Program-made: the position numbers and the translations under genes | Assembly (NCBI GenBank): GCA_039811685.1 | Contig: JBDHZC010000004.1 | Coordinates: 197,924 to 261,923, forward strand | DNA length: 64,000 nt | Source of the DNA: Armatimonadota bacterium | GTDB lineage: Bacteria; Armatimonadota; UBA5829; DSUL01 | Direction: 5' to 3' | Notes under the pieces: generated by a model | What the model was told of the DNA's origin: nothing | Seen by the model: only the letters and a program-made list of their open reading frames with translations | Databases searched by the model: none | Shown here: positions 39,096 through 48,900 of the stretch, piece after piece | How positions within the stretch are numbered: position 1 is the stretch's first letter | How the letters are laid out: each line of letters begins with the position of its first letter

Positions 39096-39654
39096 ATCCC
39101 ATTTCACGAGCCTGCTCGTAAAGCAATTTCTGTAAGAGTTTGCGCCCTCGATAGAGCCGAGAGCGGACGGTGCCAATTGGAATCCCGAGAATGTCCGCGA
39201 TTTCCTGATACGCGAATCCTTCCACAGCGTTCAGAATGACAACCATTCGGAACTCCTCTGGGAGCTTGTCGATGGCGGCCATAATGTCCTCGTGGACGAA
39301 CTTCCCCAGGACCTGGGATTCCGGGTTTTCCGATCCCTGATTGTTGCGGCTGACTTCATTGAGAAAGTAGAAGTCTTCAACTTCTGGCAGATCAACACGT
39401 TCTGGCTCTCTGGATTTCTTTCGGTAGCTGTTGATGAACGTGTTGGCCAAAATTCTAAACAGCCACGCCCTGATGTTTGTTCCGCGTTTGTACTGATCAA
39501 AGTGACGAAATGCAAGCAGCATTGTCTCCTGAACCAGGTCTTCGGCCTCCGCGGGGTTGCGCGTCATGCGCATTGCGCCCGAATAGAGGCTGTCCAGGTG
39601 CGGAATGGCCAGTTCTTCAAATTCTCTGCGTGTGCTGTTATCTGTTGCCGTCAT
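39073..39654 (-). CDS. ECF (σ70 family) RNA polymerase sigma factor
   Basis: Region 2 (…[17 protein letters not shown]…[14 protein letters not shown]) and region 4 HTH ([23 protein letters not shown]). Start placed at MTATDNS. Confidence 0.85.
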   Translation of the reverse strand: MTATDNSTRREFEELAIPHLDSLYSGAMRMTRNPAEAEDLVQETMLLAFRHFDQYKRGTNIRAWLFRILANTFINSYRKKSREPERVDLPEVEDFYFLNEVSRNNQGSENPESQVLGKFVHEDIMAAIDKLPEEFRMVVILNAVEGFAYQEIADILGIPIGTVRSRLYRGRKLLQKLLYEQAREMGYVGTQTD

Positions 39655-39792
39655 GGTCGCATGCCCTGCTGCAGCTTCGTGGGCACAAGTTCGCCTGTTC
39701 TGGAGCGCCGCATCTCCAGCTAGCCGGAGTATACCCAAGCCACTCGGATAAGGCTACAGCGAACGGCCTGATACTCCGCTCGGCCTGAATTC

Positions 39793-40377
39793 TTGTTTGC
39801 GCAATGCGCCGACTGCAGTACAGAGTGTAGGGCGAGGTCTAATTCATTGTCAGATCTATTTCCCATCTACTGCCGCTCGTGCCACAAGCAGATTGACGCC
39901 TCAGCTCGCGTCTGTCCGTTTTGCGGAGAGGCGCAGGGACTGAGCGGCGCCACTCCATCTCCTCCCGCATATACACCCGGCCCTTCGCAGCAAGCCTCTC
40001 AGAGCGCTACCGCAACCCAGACGTCTGCCGGCGCCCTGGATTTTTGCCCGTATTGTCAGACGCAGGTCACTTCTGGAGATATTTACTGTCGCGCATGTGG
40101 ACATGCGCTTGTGCCCGGTGTCCGGATGTCCGACTCAGATGTCGCGCAGGCCTATGCTATCAGCGCTGTCATAGCAGCTCTGCTGTGCGCTTCCCCGGCG
40201 GCGGTCGTTCTTGGCTTGATTGCGATGGTTAAGGGGTCTCGCGGTCTGGGCTGTGCGGCTATTGTTCTGTTTCTTATGGTCAGCGCCGTGTTGGCGTGGA
40301 TGTCATTTGGCGCTGTGCACTCTCTGCTTCCACACGCTCTTCCCAGGTCTTTGCCCGGGCTGGGGCTGCCCGAGTGA
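39793..40377 (+). CDS. Double zinc-ribbon membrane protein, hypothetical
   Basis: Two Cys4 ribbons (CRSC…CPFCG and CPYC…CRACG) followed by two TM helices. Confidence 0.5.
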   Translation: MFAQCADCSTECRARSNSLSDLFPIYCRSCHKQIDASARVCPFCGEAQGLSGATPSPPAYTPGPSQQASQSATATQTSAGALDFCPYCQTQVTSGDIYCRACGHALVPGVRMSDSDVAQAYAISAVIAALLCASPAAVVLGLIAMVKGSRGLGCAAIVLFLMVSAVLAWMSFGAVHSLLPHALPRSLPGLGLPE

Positions 40378-40408
40378 ACCAAAGACGCTGGATTTTCGGT
40401 ATTATTAG

Positions 40409-40830
40409 TGTGGCGGATGTCGAGCGGCCGACTGACCTGTGTCAATCGGTACAGTGTCAGTAGGAAAGTCCGGGCTCCACAGGGCAGGGTGCCGGATAAC
40501 GTCCGGGGCCGGACGGGGCTGCGCTCCCAGAGCGCTCAGGCCTCCAGGAGCGATACGCGTCCGGTACGGAAAGTGCCACAGAAAAGAAAACTCTGACGCG
40601 CGGTTGGGATTTCCCGCCAGCGCTCAGAAAAGCTGAAACGGTGGTGTAAGAGACCACCAGGCCCGTCGAGAGGCGGGCGCTGGGTAAACCCCACCTGGAG
40701 CAAGGCAAGGAGAGGGAGCCCGCGGCCCGCGGTTTCCTCTCCGGTGCAGACCGCTTGAGCCGCAGCGCAAGCTGCGGCCTAGATAGATGGCCGCATAGAA
40801 CAGAACCCGGCTTACGGACATCCGCCACGC
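40409..40830 (+). ncRNA. rnpB: RNase P RNA, bacterial type A
   Basis: Universally conserved blocks are present: GGAAAGUCCGGGCUCCACAGGGCAGGGUGCCGGAUAACGUCCGG (P4 5' strand/P5-P7), GAAAGUGCCACAGAAAA, GGUAAACCCCACCUGGAGCAA and ACAGAACCCGGCUUACGG (P4 3' strand). A P1 helix forms between GGCGGAUGUCG (5') and CGGACAUCCGCC (3'). Confidence 0.9.
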
Positions 40831-41000
40831 TTTCGGTCCTGCCAGGACATGTTCGGACTGTCTGCTCTGATTTCCCGTTGGGCCGCCTTTTCACTTGGTA
40901 AGACACCGTCCGCGCTGTAGTTTGTATAAGTTATCTCAACATAGTTGTATTCACCTGGACTGTTAAGAGGGGTTGGTAAGGGCACTGAACTAACAGCCAC

Positions 41001-41570
41001 TCACGCACTCTTATCGCTGAGTGCCCGCTCAATTCTTGTATCTGGAATCAGCCACATAACAGCTACCAGCACAAAGATTGTCTGAGCCAGCCATGGCCGC
41101 ACGAAAGCAAGTGCGAACGCCAGCAAATACAGCAGTGTTGATGCCTTCCCCTTCTGATCTTTGCCGATGGCCTTCTTGAGAACTGAATCCGTGCCCTGAG
41201 AGCGGATGATCGCTGCTTGAAGAACAAAGTAAGCAGTGGCTGTGGCCAGAAGATCGATCGCGTAAACGGCGGTCGGAAGGGTCGAATCGTGGTTGTTTCC
41301 CATCCATCCTGTAGTCACGGGCAATAGCGACAGCCAGAAGAGCAGATGGAGATTCGCCCAGAGAATCGCTCCCGTCACGCGTTTACATGTGTGCAGCATG
41401 TGATGGTGGTTGTTCCAGTAGATACCAACATAGATGAAGCTCAGCACGTAGCTGAGAAAAACCGGCAGAAGCCCGGACAAGGCGCCAGCTGTATTGCCGT
41501 GCGGGACTTTGAGCTCCAGGACCATAATCGTGATGATTATCGCCAGTACGCCGTCGCTGAAAGCCTCCAT
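41001..41570 (-). CDS. TMEM175-like / DUF1211 family membrane protein (putative K+ channel)
   Basis: N-terminal RMEAFSDGVLAIIITIMVLEL signature and six TM helices. Confidence 0.7.
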   Translation of the reverse strand: MEAFSDGVLAIIITIMVLELKVPHGNTAGALSGLLPVFLSYVLSFIYVGIYWNNHHHMLHTCKRVTGAILWANLHLLFWLSLLPVTTGWMGNNHDSTLPTAVYAIDLLATATAYFVLQAAIIRSQGTDSVLKKAIGKDQKGKASTLLYLLAFALAFVRPWLAQTIFVLVAVMWLIPDTRIERALSDKSA

Positions 41571-41704
41571 CCGTCCTGTGCCCACTGCTGTCTTGCTCCA
41601 CCCTCCTCTTGGCTGACGCGCGCATTATAATCAAGGCAAATATCGCCCGGCACGCTGCGCTCGCGGGCAAGCTGGTCCTGCCTTGGCAGTAGTAAGATGA
41701 GCCT

Positions 41705-42313
41705 ATGACTACTGAGAGACTCCAGCAACAGATAGGATTCATCCTTGAGATCGACAAGCTCAAACGGGTATTGCGGCAGACTGTGCTCACCGATGCCTCG
41801 CGTCCGGAAAACAGCGCCGAACACTCGTGGCACATTGCGCTGATGGCCTTTCTTCTTCAGGACTACGCCGCGGGCGATATCGACCCAATGCGCGTGGCAA
41901 AAATGCTCCTCATTCACGACATCGTGGAGATCGATTGCGGAGACACGTATTGCTACGACGAGCAGGGGATGATCGGCAAGTACGAACGTGAGCAGGCGGC
42001 GGCAAAGCGGATTTTCGGTCTTCTGCCAGCGGATCAGTCAGCAGAGCTTCTGGAGCTTTGGGAAGAGTTCGAGGCGCGAGAGACGAATGACTCCCGATAC
42101 GCCAATGCGCTGGATCGCTTCCAGCCATTGCTGCACAACTTTGCGACTGAGGGACTGACGTGGCGCGACCACGGCGTAACTGCGGACAAAGTCCTGGCGC
42201 GCAACCAGCACATTGCGGATGGCGCGCCGGATGTGTGGGAGTATGCCAGAGAAATGATCCGGGAAGCAGTAGCTCGGGGCTATCTTCTTGAGTCGAAAAA
42301 GTCTCCTCTCTGA
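41705..42313 (+). CDS. HD-domain phosphohydrolase (YfbR-like 5'-deoxynucleotidase)
   Basis: HD motifs: ENSAEHSWH…LLIHDIVEIDCGD. Confidence 0.75.
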   Translation: MTTERLQQQIGFILEIDKLKRVLRQTVLTDASRPENSAEHSWHIALMAFLLQDYAAGDIDPMRVAKMLLIHDIVEIDCGDTYCYDEQGMIGKYEREQAAAKRIFGLLPADQSAELLELWEEFEARETNDSRYANALDRFQPLLHNFATEGLTWRDHGVTADKVLARNQHIADGAPDVWEYAREMIREAVARGYLLESKKSPL

Positions 42314-42448
42314 GTGCCGCGCGCGGAAGGTCTTGACAGGGCAATTCTCGAAGCTTTTCCAACATACAGGCGGCTGTGCCGCTATCTGTCCATGGTACGA
42401 TCCGGTGATTCACAGTTGGTAGAGGTGCGAGTGAAGGTTAAGCTTCTG

Positions 42449-43441
42449 ATGACTGCGTTTGTTTGCGCTGCGGCTGTTTATATGGCCGGGTGCTCAAAAA
42501 CGCGATCTGAAAATCCTGCCCGGAGCAGTCGTAGCGCGTTGACGATTGCCGTGATTCCGAAGGGCACCACGCACGATTTCTGGAAAGCGGTGCATGCCGG
42601 CGCCGAGAAAGCCGCGCGAGAGCTCGACGTAAAAGTGAGCTGGCAGGGGCCGCTCAAGGAAGACGACAGAGAGGCGCAAATCCGCACTGTCGAAGACTTT
42701 GTCAACTCGGGTGTCTCCGGCATCTGCCTGGCGCCGTTGGACGACACCGCTCTGGTGACTCCGGTCAACAGCGCTGTGCAGCAGAATATCCCCGTCGTTA
42801 TCTTTGATTCTGACCTCAAGAGTGACCGCTACACCAGTTTTGTCGCCACAGACAACTACAAAGGCGGGCAGCTTGCCGGTCACCATATGATCAGTCTGCT
42901 GAACGGCAAAGGGCGCGTGCTGGTCCTGCGTTATCAGGAAGGCAGCGACAGTACTTTCAGGCGGGAATCGGGCTTTCTGGACGCACTCAGGAAGAGTCCG
43001 GGAATAAAGGTCATCAGCGCGAATCAGTACGGCGGTGCGACGCGAGATTCGGCGCTGCGTGCCAGTGAAGACCTCCTGACGCCGCTGAAGCAGGGCGCAG
43101 GAATCCAGGTCGACGGCATCTTCTGTCCAAATGAGTCAACAACCTTTGGAATGATGCGAGCGCTGGAAAACGCCAAAGTCGCAGGCACTGTCAAGTTTGT
43201 CGGCTTTGACAGCGCTCACGAACTGGTGGACGGACTGAAAAACGGACACGTGAATGCCCTCGTCGTCCAGAATCCACTGAAAATGGGTTATCTGTCTGTC
43301 AAGACGATGGTACAGCATATCCGGGGCGAAGCAGTCCCAAAACGCATTGATACTGGCGTGGAGCTTGTGACGCGGGACAACATGGATCAGCCTGCTGTCA
43401 AGGATCTGCTGAATCCTCCAATTGAGAAGTGGCTGAAGTAG
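42449..43441 (+). CDS. Sugar ABC transporter substrate-binding lipoprotein (RbsB/LacI-type periplasmic binding protein)
   Basis: Lipoprotein signal (MTAFVCAAAVYMAGCS) and a type-I PBP pattern (IAVIPKGTTHDFW…). The ORF is open from 42314; the ATG at 42449 is preferred. Confidence 0.75.
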   Translation: MTAFVCAAAVYMAGCSKTRSENPARSSRSALTIAVIPKGTTHDFWKAVHAGAEKAARELDVKVSWQGPLKEDDREAQIRTVEDFVNSGVSGICLAPLDDTALVTPVNSAVQQNIPVVIFDSDLKSDRYTSFVATDNYKGGQLAGHHMISLLNGKGRVLVLRYQEGSDSTFRRESGFLDALRKSPGIKVISANQYGGATRDSALRASEDLLTPLKQGAGIQVDGIFCPNESTTFGMMRALENAKVAGTVKFVGFDSAHELVDGLKNGHVNALVVQNPLKMGYLSVKTMVQHIRGEAVPKRIDTGVELVTRDNMDQPAVKDLLNPPIEKWLK

Positions 43442-43475
43442 CCGCACGGCACAGACTTCGGAGCTGCCGGGGCTG

Positions 43476-44471
43476 GTGAGCGTCTGCAACAGGCTACTCG
43501 CTGCAGCGGAAAAAGCTCTGTTGGTCGCCTGGGTAGGCCCCGGACTTGGTCTTGTCTTCGTCTATCTTCTCTTCTTTTTTCACGCTCAGCCCTCGTTTCA
43601 CAGTTGGGGAAACACGGAGACGATCTTCCGTCAGACGTCTATCGTTGGCACGGCGGCTATTGGCCTGACCCTGGTCATCATTGCTGGCGGTATTGACCTG
43701 TCGGTGGGATCGGTTGTCGCTGTCTGCACAGTTGCGACCGCGCTGCTGCTGCGTGCCGGGGCGCCCTCTATTGTCGCGGGGCTGGCGTCTATCTTTCTCG
43801 GCCTGATCACGGGCTTTATAAATGGCCTCATCATCACAAAGCTGCGCGTCGTACCGTTCATTGTCACGCTTGGCACTCTGTCGGTATTCCGTGGACTCGC
43901 CAAGGGTCTGGCGCTGGAGCAGACCGTAAGCGCCCCCTCCACCTGGATCAATGGTATCCTCGCCGCGCTCAGCCCGGACAAGCGCTGGATGTTGTTTCCG
44001 ATTGGCGTCTGGGTTATGGCGCTTGTGGCAGCTCTGGTCGCAGTACTCTTGCGCGTGACAAGGCTCGGCCGCTACTTCTTTGCGATTGGCTCAAACGAAC
44101 AGGCGGCAAGGCTCAGTGGGGTGCCGGTAGACCGGGCAAAGGTTTGTGTTTACACGCTGGCAGGCGCTCTGGCTGGTCTTGCCGGGTTGATGCAGTTCTC
44201 CCGCCTGACGGTCGGTGACCCGACTGTCGCTGTTGGACTCGAGCTCGACGTGATCGCCGCCGTCGTGATAGGAGGTGGAAGCCTCAGCGGCGGGCAGGGT
44301 TCGGTACCCGGATCGCTCTTTGGCGCGCTTATCATGACGGTTATCAGCAACGGTTGCCGCCAGGTTACTCCTCCGTTGCCAAACTGGACTCAGGAAATCA
44401 TAACAGGCGCCATCATTGTTCTCGCCGTTGCTGTTGATCGCCTCAGACAGAGCCGCCGCATGGCACATTAG
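43476..44471 (+). CDS. Sugar ABC transporter permease (RbsC-like)
   Basis: Around 9 TM helices and a permease EAA-like region. No ATPase gene lies adjacent. Confidence 0.8.
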   Translation: MSVCNRLLAAAEKALLVAWVGPGLGLVFVYLLFFFHAQPSFHSWGNTETIFRQTSIVGTAAIGLTLVIIAGGIDLSVGSVVAVCTVATALLLRAGAPSIVAGLASIFLGLITGFINGLIITKLRVVPFIVTLGTLSVFRGLAKGLALEQTVSAPSTWINGILAALSPDKRWMLFPIGVWVMALVAALVAVLLRVTRLGRYFFAIGSNEQAARLSGVPVDRAKVCVYTLAGALAGLAGLMQFSRLTVGDPTVAVGLELDVIAAVVIGGGSLSGGQGSVPGSLFGALIMTVISNGCRQVTPPLPNWTQEIITGAIIVLAVAVDRLRQSRRMAH

Positions 44472-44535
44472 GCTTTTCGACGTTCTCACTCTCGACGTCT
44501 CCTCTTATGAAGAAACGCTCACCAATGCTGATACA

Positions 44536-45687
44536 ATGACTGTATCTGTCATGAACGCGCCGACTTCCGCCTACATCCATATCCCGTTCTGCGCTGCCAA
44601 GTGTGGGTACTGCGATTTCAACTCTTACGCGGGGTTGATGCCGTTGGCCGACCGCTATGTGGAGGCGCTGTGCCGCCACATCGAGACTGCAAATGCACAC
44701 CTTCGAGCCCCTCTCAAGACAGTCTTTTTCGGCGGAGGGACGCCCAGCATCCTTCAAGCCCGTCACCTCGAGCGCATTCTCCACTGTCTGCGGCAGACCT
44801 TTGGCCTCGATCCGGATGCGGAAGTCACTCTGGAAGCCAACCCTGAATCGGCGACCTTTCAAAAGCTGTGCAAGACACGGGAAGCTGGCTTCAATCGCAT
44901 CAGCATCGGCGCGCAGTCCTTTGACGACAGTGTTCTTGAGTCGCTCGGCCGCGTGCACACGCATCAGCGCTTTCTGAGCGCTTTGGCAGATGCGAGGCGC
45001 GCGGGTTATGCGAATATAAGCTTCGATCTTATGTTCGCTCTGCCCGGGCAGACACTCCAGAATGTGCTTGAGACAGTGCGTCAGGCTATCCAGCTCGCGC
45101 CTGAGCACATTTCAGCCTACTGTCTCACAGTCGAAGAGGGCACGGACTTTCACAGGCTTCACCGTCTGGGCAAACTGGAGTTGCCGGACGAAGACCTGCA
45201 GGCCGAGATGTTCCTCTCCATCCAGTCAGCCCTGACTCAAGCGAACTTTGAACACTATGAAATCTCCAATTATGCCCGCCCGGGCTTTCGGTGCCGGCAC
45301 AACGAAGTTTACTGGCGCAATGAACCCTACTGGGGTTTCGGGACAGGGGCTGTCGGCTACGTTCAGGGACAGCGTACAAAGTGGGAGATCAATCCGCGCG
45401 ACTACATTGAACAGATTGAGCAAGCCGGTCAGCCGAGGGTAGAGGAATCAGAAAAGCTGGAGGGCAGGGCGCTACTTGGAGAGACTATCATGCTGGCGCT
45501 TCGTACGGCGGAGGGGATCGATCTCGACAGTGTATCACAGCGCTTTGGCACAGACGTCGCTGCGTGTTACTCGGGCGAGATTCAGCGATTCTCTGCGGCT
45601 GGAGTCCTGCAGCGCTCTGGAAGCACGCTTTGCCTGACAAAAGACGGTCTTCTGCTGGCAAATGAGATTCTTTGTGAGTTCCTCTAG
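44536..45687 (+). CDS. hemW: Radical SAM heme chaperone HemW (coproporphyrinogen III oxidase-like)
   Basis: YIHIPFCAAKCGYCDF radical-SAM Cys triad, the GGGTPS motif, and a HemW-type C-terminal domain. Start at MTVSVMNAP. Confidence 0.88.
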   Translation: MTVSVMNAPTSAYIHIPFCAAKCGYCDFNSYAGLMPLADRYVEALCRHIETANAHLRAPLKTVFFGGGTPSILQARHLERILHCLRQTFGLDPDAEVTLEANPESATFQKLCKTREAGFNRISIGAQSFDDSVLESLGRVHTHQRFLSALADARRAGYANISFDLMFALPGQTLQNVLETVRQAIQLAPEHISAYCLTVEEGTDFHRLHRLGKLELPDEDLQAEMFLSIQSALTQANFEHYEISNYARPGFRCRHNEVYWRNEPYWGFGTGAVGYVQGQRTKWEINPRDYIEQIEQAGQPRVEESEKLEGRALLGETIMLALRTAEGIDLDSVSQRFGTDVAACYSGEIQRFSAAGVLQRSGSTLCLTKDGLLLANEILCEFL

Positions 45688-45989
45688 TCGGCGGACTACG
45701 GGCGGTGAACGCGATTTCGTCCTTGACAGCAGCCTGTGCGTGACTTATATTTGAAGTAATTCAAAGAGTGGCAGCGGTCCTGGCTCGCTGCCCGCGTTAT
45801 TCAGCAGCCCGGCCCCAAGCGACTGGCCGTCGGGGTTTTCCGGCGGTAGCCGCACGGTTCGCGGCTCTGAGGTCCGACTCATCTCACTCACACGTTTCCT
45901 TGCGCTGGCTGACGTCCAGCGGACTGGTGTGAGAAATCGATTACGCCGCGAATACGCCTGCCGGCTGTGGAACACTACTGACAGAAACT

Positions 45990-48900
45990 ATGACTCTGAC
46001 ACTGAAGATATCTACCACCCTGCGAGCCCTTCGCTCAATCACCCTCGCGATAGCACTCACTCTCGCTCTTACAGCGTCCAGCAGATCTGCAGAATTGCGA
46101 GGCTGGTGGGTGGATGCGTTTGGCGCGGGCGCCCGCAGCCAGTCCGAGGTCACCAAACTGCTGGGGACGCCCGGCGTTGCCTCCAGCAAAGGGGACATTC
46201 GCAACGCCAACTGCAATGCGGTGTTTGTTGAGGTTCGCCGTCGAGCTGACACAATGTATCCATCCGGAATGGGTGAGCCTTACATGTCTGGCCTAAGCCC
46301 GTCCAACTTCAACGCGCTGCAGGCCATTATCAACGCCGCCCACGACACAACCGGCGGAAAGCAGCGCATCGAGGTGCACGCCTGGATTGTCACGTTCGCA
46401 ACGGCCACCGGCTCTTCGGTCAGCCCGGTTTACTACCAGCACAACAACCCGAATGACCCGGACAACTACTGGATCACGCTGGATGATGCGGGGAACGAAA
46501 CGGATGACAAAGCATTCGATCCGGGACATCCGAAGGCCGCGCAGTATATTCACGATGTCTGCATGGATCTCGTCAATAACTTTGACATTGACGGTCTTCA
46601 CTTTGACTATATTCGCTTTACCGGCATAAACCAGGGTTACAATCCGACCAGCATCAGCCGCTTTCGTCAGCAGTTTCCTAACAAGCCGGCGCAGATTCCC
46701 TACACTGATGACGATTTTGAGCAGTGGCGCCGCGACCAGGTAACTGCTGTCGTTCGCAATGTCTACGCAAGCGTTCAGCAGTCCAAACCATGGGTCAAAG
46801 TATCCGGCGCGTTTGTCGGAGGCGCACCTGGCCCAACAGCCTCCACGCGCAACGCTTTCAAGAACACGCGGCCTTATTATCAGTACTACTCCGACTGGGA
46901 CAGTTGGCTGCAGGAAGGCATCATTGACATGGCGGTGCCGATGATGTACTTCGACCAGGCGGGCTCTTACGCGGCGGATTACACGCGCTGGATGAACTTC
47001 GGCAAAGATCGCAAGGCCAGCCGCCAGATGGTGATCGGTCCCGGAGTGTACCTTAACTCTCTTTCCAACGCTATCTCACAGATTAAGCAGACGCGAAACC
47101 CCTCTCCATCCGGCAACTATGCGGATGGTTTTGCGGGTTATTCCTACCGCGTTCCGTATGCCGGAGGCACGTGGGCAGGGTTTGCTCCCAGCCTAGTGTC
47201 ACAGGTGACGCCGTCGCCGACCGATATCCCCACAATGCCATGGAAAACAGCACCGACGAAAGGGCACATACGCGGTCATATCTTTGACGGATCCACGGGC
47301 GCTCCCGTGGATGGCGCCAGTGTAACAGTCACTGGCCCGGTAACCCGTACTCAGAAATCTGACGGAACAGGGCACTATGCCTTCATAGACTTGCCGCCCG
47401 GCACTTACACTGTCTCGGTCGCAAAGCCTTATTTTGCTTCTGCTTCAGCGCAGCAGGCTGTGGCGGCCGGAACGATGGCTGTGCGTAACTTCACTTTGTC
47501 TCCAAGCGGCTGTACGTACGCGACGATATCCGGTGTAACAGCGCAAGGGATCAGCACGCAGTTTGCCACAATCCTGTGGACAACCGACTTACCTTCAGAC
47601 AGCCGGGTGGAATACGGCACTACTGCCTCTTATGGCTCTATGACGCTGCTCGATCCCGCCCTGGTTACGAATCACAGTGTGGTGCTCTCCGGTCTCTCCG
47701 CCAATACACTGTACTACTATCGCGTGATATCTACTCCAGGTGGTGGTTGTAGCAGCGTGTCGTCCGGCTCCACTTTCACCACAACAGGCGTAGCAGTGCC
47801 GGACGTCGTCATAGAGTCCAGAAAATCGAATGGCACGCTCACGCCGTCCCCATCCTACACAGAGGCAGGTTCGTGGGGTGACAGCACTGCCAAGAGTTCC
47901 GCTCAGGGTCTCAGCGGTTCTGGATCCCGATACGCAACCAATTTCACAGGCGCTACGGCCACATTCGTGCCCAGTCTGCCTTATTCGGGACCGTACGAGG
48001 TTTACGTCACATGGGGGGCTTCATCCAACGGCGCCAGCACCAACTTCAAAGTCATCTCCGGGGGCTCTGTAGTCTACAACCATAACTGGGATCAGAACAA
48101 TGCGCAGCCTTATGAAAATCAGTGGCAGTACGTGGGAGAATACACGTTCAATGCTGGCCAGTCGGCTTCAAATGCCAGTGTCAAGATTGACGGAAACGCT
48201 TCCTCGAAGGGGACTACAGGCGGTACTCCCAGGCTGATGTCCGATGCGGTGAAGTTTGTGTTCAAGGGGTCGGCAGGTGACGTAGAGCCTCCATCGCGTC
48301 CCGCGGGGCTGCAGGTGCAAAGTGTCACTACCAGCGAAGTTCACCTCTCCTGGACGGCCTCCACGGACAATATCGCGGTAACCGGTTATCGCATCTACAA
48401 GGATAATCAGCCTGTTGCCACTGTGTCAGAACCTGAGTACACAGATGTCGGGCTCTCGGCAAATACCTCATTCAGCTACGGTGTCTCCGCTTATGACGCA
48501 GGGGGCAATGAGTCCGCTATTTCTGTTCCAGCCACCGCTGTTACGCTCTCAGAGGCTCCGACACCCGAGACAATCACCTGCAACAAGAATGCTGGAGACT
48601 GGTACACCACGAGCGACTTTGTGTTCAGCACTCAGGGCGGGTTTGGCCCCGGTCGGGTGGCGAAATACCGCGTTGCCTGGGATAAATCGCCTACACACAC
48701 CTGGGGAGGTTCTGGGGAAAGTGACTGGACTCAGTTGGGACTGCTGAAGTACGCTTCGTCGGAAGGCAGTTGGTACTTCCATGCCCAGAGCTACAATTCT
48801 GCCGGAGTCCCCAACGGGTCATACGACTTCGGCCCCTACAACTTCGACGCAACCGCACCCACCATCCCTGCCGTTACAGATGATGGCGCGACGACTACCA

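Noticed and set aside
40408-40906. Four ORFs (62-149 aa) on both strands at 40.4-40.9 kb
   Set aside because: They coincide with the RNase P RNA gene; conserved rnpB blocks account for the region.
45745-45975. 76-aa minus-strand ORF upstream of the large surface-protein gene
   Set aside because: No SD and an Arg/Ser-rich translation. Probably the promoter/leader region of 45990..49754.
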